Shown: positions 27,484-41,592 of the stretch, piece after piece
How the letters are laid out: the number at the start of each line of letters is the position of its first letter
How positions within the stretch are numbered: the first letter of the stretch is position 1
NCBI GenBank assembly: GCA_964016885.1
Contig: OZ024753.1
Coordinates: forward strand, 38,688,001-38,752,000
Source: Eledone cirrhosa
Taxonomy: Eukaryota
DNA length: 64,000 nt
Reading direction: 5' to 3'
Notes under the pieces: model-generated
The model's input: only the letters and a program-made list of their open reading frames with translations
What the model was told of the DNA's origin: nothing
Databases searched by the model: none
Made by a program: the position numbers and the translations under genes

Positions 27484-28997
27484 CAATGTCTTTACTTCTA
27501 TCTTCGATACGATATACAAGAAGTTATATTATTAGAGCAAAACTCCATAAATATACTGTCAGGGAGTAAAATTGATAACCTTCTAAAAATTATTTGAAAT
27601 TAAACTCATATTAAGTACGATGGGGAATTAGTGGCTGAGTTAAAAATATGAAAGATTTATAAGTAAGGTTATAGAGTCAATTGGTCACACAGTTTCAATT
27701 AATGATGTGTAATAAACGTAGACCGTATTTCTGGAAGCGGTAGTTGTTTGTTGATAGTTTATGATCATTGGGTGGTGTTTTTGTTACTCTGGTGTGGTAT
27801 AGTGTGGTGATTGTCGCGTGGTGTGTTGTGGTGTGGGGTGGTGTGCTATGGTGCGCTGTGCTGTGGTGTAGTATGGTGTGCTATGGTGTGCTGTGGGGTG
27901 CTATGGTGCGCTGTGCTGTGGTGTAGTATGGTGTGCTATGGTGTGCTGTGGGGTGATGTGGTGTGCTGTGGTGTGGTGGTGTTTGTGGTGTGGTGGTATT
28001 GGTGGTGTCTGTGGTGGTGGTGGTGGTATTGGTGGTGTTGGTGGTGGGGTTGATCGTGGTTGGTGGTGGTGATGTTCGTGTTCGTGTTGATGGTAGTAGT
28101 GATGGCGGTGACGGTAATGGTGGTGGTTGTGGTGTTGTGGTGTTGTGGTTGATGGTAGTGATTGTGATGATGGTAACGATGGAGAGGTGAACATGTAGTT
28201 ATAAAAACATCATAGTGGTGGTGTTGTGGTTGATAGTGGTGATGGTGGAGTGTAGAAGAGACAATGTAGTTCAAAAGACATAAATGTCTGTCGGAAGGAA
28301 TCATAAGATCTGATTAATTGACGTAAGAAACTAATATTGATTAGCTTCGGAATCTATTAAAATCTATTTTGAAAGAATTCACATGTTTCATTACCTCATC
28401 AATAACAATTAAAGCAATAACCCGTGGAAGGTGCGTGGCTTAGTGGTTACGGTTTTGGGCTCTCGATCGCAAGGTTGTGAGTTCGATTCTAAATGTCTAA
28501 AGTCTGTCTCGAGACCAGAGTTTCACCAGGCTGGTATTTATCCCGGTTTTCTTGCCCGTTGCGATGGACAGGACGCCAGTCCATCGCAAGGTTAAACCCC
28601 AAGCTATTACTGGTATACATACGCAGCTGAATATACTGGAACAACGGGAAATGTAGTGTTTGGCTCGAGAACACAAAGTGGTCCAATTTGACTTTCATCG
28701 ATTAGGAGTCGATAAAGAAAGTTTCAGTCCAGTGTTTAGGTAACACATCTTCCACTGCATCAAAGAAGTGACGGTCTGTGTGTGTCACCACGACAGCATA
28801 TATATGTTAGATAATTCCGAAGGAAAAGCAAAGGAAAAAAGAGTGCTCTATGTATAGAACAGAGCTATTTAATTAGAAATTGAACAGCACAAAATCTAAC
28901 TACACCATTACCAAAGGTTTCTGGATCACAGACGATAATAATATACGTCTGGATCGGTCGTCAGACACAGATGTTATATTTTGTGTTATATATTGTG

Positions 28998-29033
<36 letters not shown>

Positions 29034-29283
29034 GCCCCACATACAGACTCACAGACACACAGACACACACACACATGCGACAGCAGGCCACCTAAAACCT
29101 TTATTGAAAGCATGGTACATATTACCAAGTTGTACTCGATTGCGAGTGATGGATGTAGTCAAAATATATATATTTCTTAGTTAAGTAATAATAACTTAAT
29201 ATACAGTCACTTGCGTTCATATTCGATCAGCTTTAATTCAATAGATGAAATACAAATACAAACATTCATACATTCATACACAC

Positions 29284-29390
<107 letters not shown>

Positions 29391-29487
29391 AATGATTTCG
29401 TAACATCTTTTGTTATGCTAATACAAAGCTTAATATTCTCAACTAAGGCATAATTACCTTCCATAGGCGTTCTGTTGTTAGATTGAG

Positions 29488-29563
<76 letters not shown>

Positions 29564-29604
29564 TAGAGAGAGAGAGAGAGAGAAAGAGATAGATAGATAG
29601 ATAG

Positions 29605-29698
29605 ATATATTTCTTTATTAGCCACAGGGGCACAAAAGAAGGGGACAAATACAAAGGGGGAAGTTTACATACAATAAAAACGTGTAAAATGTTATCAC

Positions 29699-29700
<2 letters not shown>
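29605..29700 (-). mobile_element. short 3' end of the (GATA)n-associated LINE
   Basis: Near-identical to 45550-45645; flanked by (GATA)n. Confidence 0.8.
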
Positions 29701-29735
<35 letters not shown>

Positions 29736-29752
29736 CAGAGAGAGAGAGAAAG

Positions 29753-29865
<113 letters not shown>

Positions 29866-29868
29866 AAG

Positions 29869-29917
<49 letters not shown>

Positions 29918-30032
29918 TGTAGGGAGAAGTGAATTATGTTAAATATGGTTGATCAACTAAACATATATTTATACTCGGCAACCATATTTTGTTTTAGAAT
30001 GAAATATATGTACAATAGGTGTTATTATAACA

Positions 30033-30535
30033 ATAATTGTTTCTACTTTAGGCACAAGGCCAGCAATTACCCAGTGCATTACTGGTACTTTATTTTATCG
30101 ACCCCGTGAGGATGAAAGGCAAAGTCAACCTCAGCGGGATTTGAACTCAGATCCCGCCGAGGTTATTATAACAATAATGGCGGTGGATTGGCAGTATCGG
30201 TAGAGGGTCGGACGCCAAGCTTTCCAGCATAGTTACGTCCCTTTACGATCTGAGTTCAAATCCCGCCGAGGTTGACTTTGCCTTTCATCCTTACGGGGTC
30301 GATAAAATAAAGTACCAGTAATGCACTGGGTAATTGCTGGCCTTGTGCCAAATGTAGAAACAGTTATTATAACAATAATAGGAAAGTTATATATATTTTT
30401 TCAGATACAAACATGTTTCTACTTTTGGCACAAGGCCAGCAATTATCCCAGTGTATTACTGGTACTTTATTTTATCGACCCCGTAAAGTTAACCTCGGCG
30501 GGATTTGAACTCAGACCGTAAAGGGACGTAACTGT
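30033..30535. mobile_element. cluster of three Nin/Deu SINEs (-, +, -)
   Basis: Near full-length + copy at 30179-30368 flanked by inverted partial copies. Confidence 0.85.
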
Positions 30536-30661
30536 ACAGCATTTCATTAATAACCTTGTGTTGTATACAATGCTTCTCAATCATTCCTCCGAATTGAAAT
30601 ACATATAATTAATTGACTTTGGAAAGTAATTCACCATTAAAATGTTGATATATATAACTAT

Positions 30662-30743
<82 letters not shown>

Positions 30744-30746
<3 letters not shown>

Positions 30747-30933
30747 AACAAGTAAGACCGCGACGGCTGAGCTCAAGCCGTTTCGACGGCTAATTCTGTA
30801 CAGAATTAGCTGTCGAAACGGCTTGAGCTCAGCCGTCGGTGTCTTACTTGTTCCTATTACCCACTCTACTACCCTAAGTATTGAGTACTTTGGTGCGTTA
30901 CGGTCCACCTGGTTCCTTACCACATTTCCTTCG

Positions 30934-30968
<35 letters not shown>

Positions 30969-31155
30969 AACAAGTAGGACCCCGACGGCTGAGCTCAAGC
31001 CGTTTCGACGGCTAATTCTGTACAGAATTAGCCGTCGAAACGGCTTGAGCTCAGCCGTCGGTGTCTTACTTGTTCCTATTACCCACTCTACTACCCTAAG
31101 TATTGAGTACTTTGGTACGTTATGGTCCACCTGGTTCCTTACCACATTTCCTTCG

Positions 31156-31157
<2 letters not shown>
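30744..31157. mobile_element. two tandem family A palindromic elements separated by (TA)n
   Basis: Both have the centre aattctgtacagaatt, the short arm on the left and the long arm on the right. Confidence 0.9.
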
Positions 31158-31247
<90 letters not shown>

Positions 31248-31627
31248 ATATTAAACCATTAACCTCAAAGCCATAGAAGCGAACAAGCTATTCGGGTCAA
31301 ACAAATAATAAAATATGATTGAAAAATATACCCGGACCCATGGAAACGGTGGTAAAATCCAATATGGGGTTTCTGCAACTCCTAAATCAGGTGCTGTCTG
31401 CTTAAACAAATAATGTTAAGCTTTTGGTATGATGATCGAACAAGGAAGTCACTTTTTCAACAGGCATTTACTTCTATGCAAAGCTAAGGAACTGACTGTT
31501 ATCTGAACCCACGTGCGGGGTTAGAAGGGAGAGAACCCCTAGTTTTGGCATCTGAATTCAGTATGTGTGGTTATTGCAAAATTGCAAAATATCACAAAAC
31601 GAATTAAGCTCTCGACAGAATAGTTTT

Positions 31628-31704
<77 letters not shown>

Positions 31705-31761
31705 ATACTTTGGGAGGGTCATGTTGCCAATAATTCAGAAACGAAATATATATATATATAT

Positions 31762-32227
31762 ATGGAAAGTTATATTTAAAATTGTTGGGTTACAACTAGT
31801 AAATATTTATAACTGATATAAAAGCACTCGACAAATATTTGGAGTATATTTACAATATTAAATAAATGGAAACTATATTTATAAAACCATATTTATTTCA
31901 TTATATATATTTCGGGGATATCATATTAACAATATGCTATGCCTTCCTCAGACAAAATACAATATAAACAGTTTTATAGATAAATAGATTCGACATACCG
32001 TTATAACACCGACTTCCATTTGAAGAGGTTTAAGCTGGCAGTCTGCCAGCTTAAACCTCTTCAAATGGAAGTCGGTGTTATAACGGTATGTCGAATCTAT
32101 TTATCTATAAAACTGTTTATATTGTATTTTGTCTGAGGAAGGCATAGCATATTGTTAATATGATATCCCCGAAATATATATAATGAAATAAATATGGTTT
32201 TATAAATATAGTTTCCATTTATTTAAT

Positions 32228-32233
<6 letters not shown>
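31762..32233. mobile_element. family C variant palindrome with hammerheads (31894-31959 -, 32125-32190 +)
   Basis: TATTTTGT-CTGAGGA-agg...ccc-GAAAT ATAT ATA-ATGAAATA; centre ctggcagtctgccag. Confidence 0.85.
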
Positions 32234-32285
<52 letters not shown>

Positions 32286-32310
32286 AATATATATATATAT
32301 AGAGAGAGAG

Positions 32311-32342
<32 letters not shown>

Positions 32343-32360
32343 CGAGAGAGAGGGTAAGAG

Positions 32361-32415
<55 letters not shown>

Positions 32416-32614
32416 TCACAGAGCACACCATCTAGTTCGGGTGATTTCCCCATCCCAGCCATCCAGTGCGTTCGTTATTTCCTCTGCTGAAATTAATTTT
32501 TCTCATTATATGTGATTTCTGGGGAATAACTTGAGACAAACCGTCATTTCAGTTAGGGGTTTCTTGAGAACATGTTGGTAAACTGTGGTTGAAATTATTA
32601 TTACAAATCCGAGT

Positions 32615-32800
32615 AGTGCGGTGAATTAGCTGTATCGGTAGAGCGTCTATCAACATGCTTTGGGGCCTATAGTTGCAACCTTTTATTCTCTGAGTTCAAA
32701 TCCCACTGTGGTTAGCCTTGCCTTTTATCCCTACGAAGTCGATAAAATAAAGTGCCGTTGGGTTCGATTTAATCGACTTTCTCCTTCCTTTCAAATTACT
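32615..32800 (+). mobile_element. degenerate Nin/Deu SINE
   Basis: gcggtgaattagctgtatcggtagag, tgagttcaaatccc, gtcgataaaataaag. Confidence 0.7.
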
Positions 32801-33383
32801 GTTTTACCTTTGTATTATCGTCTACATGATTAGGGGTGATATTGTGCTAAAAGCACCGACCACATATTTACAGCGATGTGGAAGATGGTCCGTTGCGTGA
32901 AAGAGTAAAATAAATACATCGAGTGTACAGTGAGCACGATACTTATAGCGAAGCACGAACCCCTAACCTTTTGGCTGCTAGTGTGATCACCTTATCGATT
33001 TAATCAGTCACCTACAACATATAACAGTCATTAAATCAACTGTAATAAGGAACGAAAAGGACGGGAACCTCACATTAAAATCGCAGTCGTTTTTTTTTTT
33101 TTCCAATTTAACGTCTCTAAATTTGTCATGCTAATTTGTTTATGAAAATGTTATCGTTCAATCAAACAACAACAAAAACAACAACGACAACACGACTAAC
33201 AATAATAACACTAAACAATAAAATAATACAAAATATCAACAATATTAAAATAAGAGAAATAAATTCGCAAAGTAAACCAATACCATGTATTTGATACTTT
33301 GATTCAAATGATAAACACGACCAGGAATCTTACTATAAGTGGCAATATTTCCCAGAATAGAAACAACATACACATAAACACAC

Positions 33384-33422
<39 letters not shown>

Positions 33423-33638
33423 TAAATATATATGTGTGTGTATATATGTATATATATGTATATATATATATTTACATATATTTATATGACACAGAAACAA
33501 ACGCACACTTATATAGGTATATTATATATATTATACATACACACATATATATATAAATATAAATATATATACATATATATATACCTATATAAATATATAT
33601 ATATATATATATAAATATATATACATAAATATATATAC

Positions 33639-33712
<74 letters not shown>

Positions 33713-34377
33713 ATGTATAAGGGAAATAAGCAAAAACTAAGAATAAAACAAAAAAAAGGAACTACTATTTGTTGGATCGAAGTTTTCAATAGAAGAAGAA
33801 GAAGAAGTTGGTGAATTAATTCAGGCCAAATAAAGCTATAAATTCTCTACAACAACAACAACTACAATAACAACAATAACAACAATACTCCCTCCCCCTA
33901 CAAAACAAACCCCCACCTCACTCACACCCAACCTCCCAGAACTGGTACCATACAAACAATTGTAATTACTTCACTTTATTGTATATTGGAAGATTAAAAC
34001 AACGTAACACTGTTTGACATCCGTTTTAGCGTTTTATTGAAGCAAGCTGAAATTTTATGGCCCAAACGTTCTTCTTTATGACTATCGTTTTATTTTTTTT
34101 ACAGTATTTCTTCTGCCCCCTCTTTCTTCATTTCTTTCTTATCTCCTTCCTTCTGTCTTTACGAACGTCGTTCTTTCCCCTTTTTACATTCTTGTCTCAC
34201 TTTCACTTTTACTTTTCGTATCTTCCTATTTTTATTTCTTTCCTTATTTAGTCCTTTCTTTTTTTTATCTCCTTCTTTCTTTCTTTCTTTCTTTCTTTCT
34301 TTTCTTTCTTGTTTCAGTTTCATTTTGACTTTTCGTATCTTTCTATTTTTATTTTCTTCCTTATTTCTTTCTTTCGT

Positions 34378-34430
<53 letters not shown>

Positions 34431-35359
34431 ATATCCTTTCCATCTTTCTTTCTTTCTTTCTTTCTTCCATCTTTAGTCCTTTCTTTCTTCATAGCCTTCT
34501 TTCCATCTTTCTTTCTCTCTTTCTTTCTTACTTATTTCGTCCCAACTTTCAGTTTCTATTTTCGTATCTCACAGTTGTTGTTATTGTCTATTTTTTATTT
34601 CCTCTCCTTTATTTATTATTTATCTTTCTATGCATTGCCCTCAACATATTTCTCTCTCAGTAAATTATGTTATCTGAATAAATATTCTCCATGTTATTGT
34701 ATAACTAAAGCTTGTAAGTTAAAACATACCCAACACCAGCCATTTTGTTTTTTTTTCCGATTTAGTTTTAATGGCTGCATTTCTTTCGTTGTGTCAATAA
34801 TTTCTTTTAAAAGTATAAAAATAACAACAGAAAAAAAACCTTCACTCCCTAAACTATTAAGTACCAAACAATAAAATCTAAATCCATAAACTTAGAAATC
34901 CACTTCTTATCAGTTACAAGCGAAAGAATTGAAAGATATGCCAGCAAGAATATGAAGCAAATCTATGACATTAACAGAATAACGAAGATTCTAAGCAGCT
35001 TCTTTTATATTATATTCTCGGGAAAGACGAAATTAAGAGAACTACAGTGTTTAAATCGCGTCAATGATAAAAGAAAAATCTTTCTCCTTAGGTTAGACTT
35101 CTCGGGTAAAATCAGTTTTATTAATAATACTTCAACAAAAATTTGAAATAATTTGATGAATCGATAAATTGATAAATACAAGCTTAGAAATTAGATAAAT
35201 ACATGCAGCAAAATGCCAGAATCGTTACAATGCCGGGGAGGATACTTTGCAGTATTTGTCCCGTGTAGAGGAAGAAGCTTTTTATCGAGTTATCGAGATC
35301 GAAAGGATGAAAGGCAAACTTGACCTCGGCGAGATTTGTACTCAGAGAACAGAGACACG

Positions 35360-35729
<370 letters not shown>

Positions 35730-36011
35730 GGAAAAAATGAAACGAAATTTCATTTCTCACTCTTAGTACGGCTGTTACTTAAATATAAGTATGTATACGT
35801 ACATACATATATGTATACAGACGTACAGTAGTATGTATATATATATACATATATGCACACATATATATATGTACGTATGGATTTACCGAAATGTTCGGTA
35901 AATCCATACGTACATATACATACATACTACTGTACGTCTGCTTACATATATGTATGTACGTGTACATACTTATATATATATATATATAAATAATTTATTG
36001 TGGATAAGTGA

Positions 36012-36069
36012 CAATCCTTGATACTCTGGAGTTTCACCTGTGTTCTCACAACATCATCAGATTGGATTG
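36012..36069 (-). ncRNA. hammerhead-like motif with disrupted stem I
   Basis: CTGATGA-tgtTGTGagaaCACAggt-GAAACTC ca GAGTA; stem I is mismatched next to the core. Confidence 0.55.
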
Positions 36070-36707
36070 CGTTGGTAGAGAGAAGATACATATATATACA
36101 CATGCATAATTATACACATACATACATATATATATACTTATATATATATATATATAAATATATATACATATATATATATATTTATATATATATAAATATA
36201 CACACACGCCTTTATCCTTCTACCTTCCAACGCAATCCTACAATACAAAGGTTTGCACCTGGTCCATTAAAGAAATTAGGAAAGAGAAAATATAATACCT
36301 ATATAGGCACGGGAAAGTTATGACAACAATTCACAGAGTATATTACAAATAATTCATTGTAAGACAGGTTCCTTTGAGAACCAACAAGACCCATTCAGAA
36401 ATTAAAGCTAACACATCATGTGACAATGGCGGCCCCTGTATGTGGTTGTTTGCATGAGATACTAGAAATAGTAGCTAAATATTCCTTAGTTCATACCCTA
36501 CCAGCTTAAAAAATTATAAGGTTATATTGCATAATATAGTCTTAGACACATACATCTATATATACATAGGGTAAAAGCAGCGATTCTTTGCTTAAACTTT
36601 AATCTGTTATTTTAATAAATATTTGCTCTACGGGTTTTTATATACATTTATATATATATAATCCTTATCGAGCCCTCTTGGATTTTAGTCTTCAAATTTA
36701 TTATTAT

Positions 36708-36800
<93 letters not shown>

Positions 36801-36804
<4 letters not shown>

Positions 36805-37315
36805 GGAGGTGAGTTTTATTGTAACACAATAAAGCAATGCAAATATCGAAATATCGGATAAGTAGCACTCTACAGTTTGTAGGATTGGAGTATAAATAAT
36901 ATAAGATCAAAAGATGGTTAAAAGAGTTCAAAGTATTTTATTATGCGCATTTCAAAAACAAATATCATCATGGGATGATATCTGCGTTCTCATCAGATAA
37001 AATAGGGAGACATGATATGAAGCTTATGTTGATTTAAAACTTCACTGCTCACAAGTGTTTTTTAAGCTTCATATCATGTCTCCCTATTTTATCTGATGAG
37101 AACGCAGAGATTCCCATAATGATATTTGTTTTTGAAATATGCGCATAATAAAATACTTGGAACACTTTTAACCATCTTTTGATCTTATATTATATATTAT
37201 ATATATATATAAGATCAAAGATCAAAAGATGGTTAAAAGAGTTCCAAGTATTTTATTATGCGCATTTCAAAAACAAATATCATTATGGGATGATATCTGC
37301 GTTCTCATCAGATAA
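36801..37315. mobile_element. family P short palindrome plus a third arm; hammerheads at 36934-37004 -, 37085-37155 + and about 37250-37315 -
   Basis: Same sequence family as 2937-5055, here with a CTGATGA core. Confidence 0.85.
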
Positions 37316-37659
37316 TATATATATATATATCAGTTTGACAATCGCCACAGACAGACGAATGCGAGAAAGTTCTCCAACCCAAGTTAACCAGGAATCTTTA
37401 AAATTCTGCCCAGTGAAGTTAATTAAGAACTTATTGGATCTACCAACTCATAATATTATAATATTATTAAATTAAATCAAAAATTTGTTAACACTACAAG
37501 TGAAGTCATTCTTTTCCTTTTTTTCAAATATATATAACTGTACCAAGGATCTCACACATTTTCCAATATATATATATATATATATCCGGGAGCTTCCACG
37601 GTAATGGTCGCATTCTTTAAGGGTATGTCAATATTTATTTATAAAACTACTCTATATTA

Positions 37660-37724
37660 TATTTTATCTGATGAAAGCACACCATAATTTAACTTGGTGT
37701 CCTTGAAATATGTATAATGAAATA
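37660..37724 (+). ncRNA. type I hammerhead ribozyme (family C, single arm 37585-37852)
   Basis: TATTTTAT-CTGATGA-AAGcACACCA..TGGTGTcCTT-GAAAT ATGT ATA-ATGAAATA. Confidence 0.85.
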
Positions 37725-37853
37725 AATATGGTTTTATAAATATAGTTTCCATTTGTTAATATCGTATTTTTACTCCAATTATTTGAGTGCTTTATATCAG
37801 TTATAAAAATATTTGCTTGTTGCATCCCAACAATTTAAATAGAACTTCTACAT

Positions 37854-37911
<58 letters not shown>

Positions 37912-37913
<2 letters not shown>

Positions 37914-38019
37914 CGAAGGAAATGTGGTAAGGAACCAGGTGGACCATAACGCACCAAAGATTTAGTCCAGAATTAGCCGTCGAAACGGCTTGAGCTCAGC
38001 CGTCGGGGTCCTACTCGTT

Positions 38020-38088
<69 letters not shown>

Positions 38089-38194
38089 CGAAGGAAATGT
38101 GGTAAGGAACCAGGTGGACCATAACGCACCAAAGATTTAGTCCAGAATTAGCCGTCGAAACGGCTTGAGCTCAGCCGTCGGGGTCCTACTCGTT

Positions 38195-38199
<5 letters not shown>
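37912..38199. mobile_element. two identical internally deleted family A copies in tandem
   Basis: aacgaagg...gcaccaaag|atttagtccagaattagccgtcgaaac...ttccta twice, with a (TA)n spacer. Confidence 0.9.
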
Positions 38200-38241
<42 letters not shown>

Positions 38242-39126
38242 TGCAGATGTGATATCTGATTTGAAGGAATACTAGATGTGAAATGAACGCTATATCCTTT
38301 GCTAAATGTATGGCGAGTTGTTGTGATTTCGTTGATTCATTAATTAGACAAAATTATCAGTAATTCTATATGCCAGGACACGATGTTATATCTGTTAGGT
38401 TGCTGGTGAAGGTTTGGTGTAGATTACAAATATAAAGCTTGAAATGAAAGGCGTAGTGTATAGAAAGGTTGGAAATATATAGCGTTTTTTTTTAGTTTAG
38501 TCTGACGTGCGGGGGTGGCACTTTTATGTGTGCGCAGATGGGGTGGATTTCGTCAGTGGGAACGTCTTTGAGGTTCGTATCTCCTTCGTGTGTGTTATGC
38601 ATACACATATATATGCATATGTATATATATATGCATATATATATTGCAGACTCCTGCAATAGGAATTTGTCGATCATGGATTTGCAGAAACTTAGCGCTG
38701 CCGCTGCGTGCGATTTTGCGATCAATATTGTGGAAACACCATGTGGATTGTATATTTTACACCCAGCCTCAGCGTTATGTCCAGGTCAGTAAAAAATTTT
38801 TACCTGGGTCCTGTATTTTCGTTGCTCTAGTGATGCGGTCGGACTGCCGACTGCTATATCTAATTTGCTAAGCTGTCTGAACATAATGTTATACTCTGGG
38901 GTTTTACCTCATATGAGTGCTAAAGCTACAAACCGAATAAGCATACACGCTAGCTTGGCCGTATACTAGAGCTTCGTCTATGCTGTACTAACATTTATAT
39001 ATGCATATATATATATGCATATATAATATGCATATATATATATATATATGCATATATATATATATATATATTTATTAGTATATGTATAAATAAATGAATA
39101 TATATATATATATATATATATATAAT

Positions 39127-39350
39127 AATTGTTTCTACTTTAGGCTCAAGGCCAGCAATTACCCAGTGCATTACTGGTATTTTATTTTTCGACCCCGTAA
39201 GGATGAAAGGCAAAGTCAACCTCGGCGAATGATTTCTAGTATAGGCACAAGTCCACTAATTTTGGGGGAGGGGAAAGTCGATTTAATCGGCCCCAGTACG
39301 TTACTGGTGCTTATTTTATTGACCCCGTAAGGATGAAAGGCAAAGTTAAT
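39127..39350 (-). mobile_element. Nin/Deu SINE 3' fragments (two)
   Basis: Reverse complement of the SINE tail. Confidence 0.8.
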
Positions 39351-39369
39351 ACAAGGAGCAATGGTTACT

Positions 39370-39409
<40 letters not shown>

Positions 39410-39523
39410 GCATGTATATATGTATATATATATATTTATATATAAACACACACAAATACACACATTCGTATATATATCAACGAATGAATATTGCACAATT
39501 ACAAAACGATGGAATTTAAACAG

Positions 39524-39668
<145 letters not shown>

Positions 39669-39914
39669 ATAGTTTTGTATTCTCTAGTGGGCCAAAATGC
39701 TAAAATAATCACATAGAGGCAGATAGAGATGATTTAGACTTGGCCAAGAGATCCGATGGGCTGCTGTTCAGAAGCAATTATATTGCATAGTGTTCCATTA
39801 GCAATGGGAGGTAATTTTAGACATATTATCGTATTTTGATAGGGTGAAACAACGATCAGAGAATACCGACGGGAGAATCCAATGTCTAGCGATTAATGTT
39901 TTCTCACTGCCCGT

Positions 39915-40670
39915 TAAGTCGTCGAATTGGCAGAGTCATTAATTAGAACGTCGGATTAAAGATTGATTCTGTATTTGTTCTGGCTCAGTACGGTCTGAGT
40001 TCAAATCTCGCTAAAGTTAGCTTTGTCGTTCATTCTTACATGGTCGATAAAATAAAGTATCAGTCACGCACTGGGGTCGATTTAATCGACTTCCCCCTTC
40101 CCTAGAATTGCTGGCCTTGAGCCTATATAAGAAACCATTAATTAGGATTTCTGAGGGCGGTGGATTGGCAGTATCGGTAGAGGGTCGGACGCCATGCTTT
40201 CCAGCATAGTTACGTCCCTTTACGATCTGAGTTCAAATCCCGCCGAGGTTGACTTTGCCTTTCATCCTTACGGGGTCGATGAAATCAAGTACCAGTAATG
40301 CACTGGGTAATTGCTGGCCTTGTGCTTAAAGTAGAAACAATTAATTAGGATTTCTGATTAAAGATTGATTCGGTATTTGTTCTAGCTCAGTATGTTCTGA
40401 GTTCAATTACTGCCGAGGTTAGCTTTGCCTTTCATCCTTGCGGGCTCGATAACATAAAGGACCAGTAACGCACTGGGATCGATTTAATTGATTTCTCCTA
40501 CTCCAGAATTGCTGGCCTTGTGCTTGGATCAGAAACTCTTATTCGACTTATAATTACAGCCCTTTTCATTCTGAGTTCAAATCCCGCCGAGGTTAGCTTT
40601 GCCTTTCATCCTTACGGCGTCGATAGAAAAATAGTACCAGTAAGGCACTCGGGTCAATTTAATCGTCCTC
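39915..40670 (+). mobile_element. head-to-tail cluster of four Nin/Deu SINEs
   Basis: ctgagttcaa...gcctttcatcc...tcgat motif four times. Confidence 0.85.
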
Positions 40671-40989
40671 CCACCAGAAAAAAAACAAAACAAAAACAAA
40701 CAAAAATAAATAAATAAAACAGATTGTTGTCCTTCTGCTTAAATTAGAAAATATTAATATATATTTTTTTAAATCTACTATTTTCGGATTTTTGTATTTT
40801 TATTATCAAAGATTCGCAATTTGTTAATTTGTTAATTAAAAATAAAATAAAATTAAGTGAAACCCAATCTAGAAATTGGTTTGGTTTAGGTTTCTGTCTA
40901 ATCTTTAGAGGGTTGTTGTTGTGAAATATAATTGTGTTAGCCGGAAAGTCTGCGTAAAGGGACACACTCACTCCACACACACAGAATAC

Positions 40990-41059
<70 letters not shown>

Positions 41060-41070
41060 ATATATATATA

Positions 41071-41111
<41 letters not shown>

Positions 41112-41131
41112 ATATATATATATATTTATAT

Positions 41132-41179
<48 letters not shown>

Positions 41180-41267
41180 AATATATACACACACACACAT
41201 ACACACACACATATACATTTTTATTTCGTTAAATAATAGAACCCCTCCTCCTCCCCTGAAAAAAGAC

Positions 41268-41331
41268 TCATTATCAATATCATCACCATCATCTTAATCA
41301 TCATCAACATCATCATCATCAGCATCTTTAC

Positions 41332-41362
<31 letters not shown>

Positions 41363-41475
41363 TTCATCACAATAATCATCATCATCACCATCATCATCAC
41401 AATCATCATCAACATCATCATCATCATCATCATCACCATCAACATCATCATCAGCATCATCTTCACCAACATCGC

Positions 41476-41522
<47 letters not shown>

Positions 41523-41592
41523 CCATCAACATCATCATCAGCATCATCTTCACCAACATCGCAATCATCATCATCATCATCATCATCATCAT
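41268..41592. repeat. (CAT)n microsatellite with an internal duplication
   Basis: Direct reading. Confidence 0.95.

Noticed and set aside
30179-30270. tRNA genes at A/B-box sequences
   Set aside because: The boxes continue into SINE bodies and no complete cloverleaf can be folded.
30609-31254. Recurrent [24 protein letters not shown] / [15 protein letters not shown] peptides
   Set aside because: Both strands of the non-coding family A repeat are open by chance and run into (TA)n.
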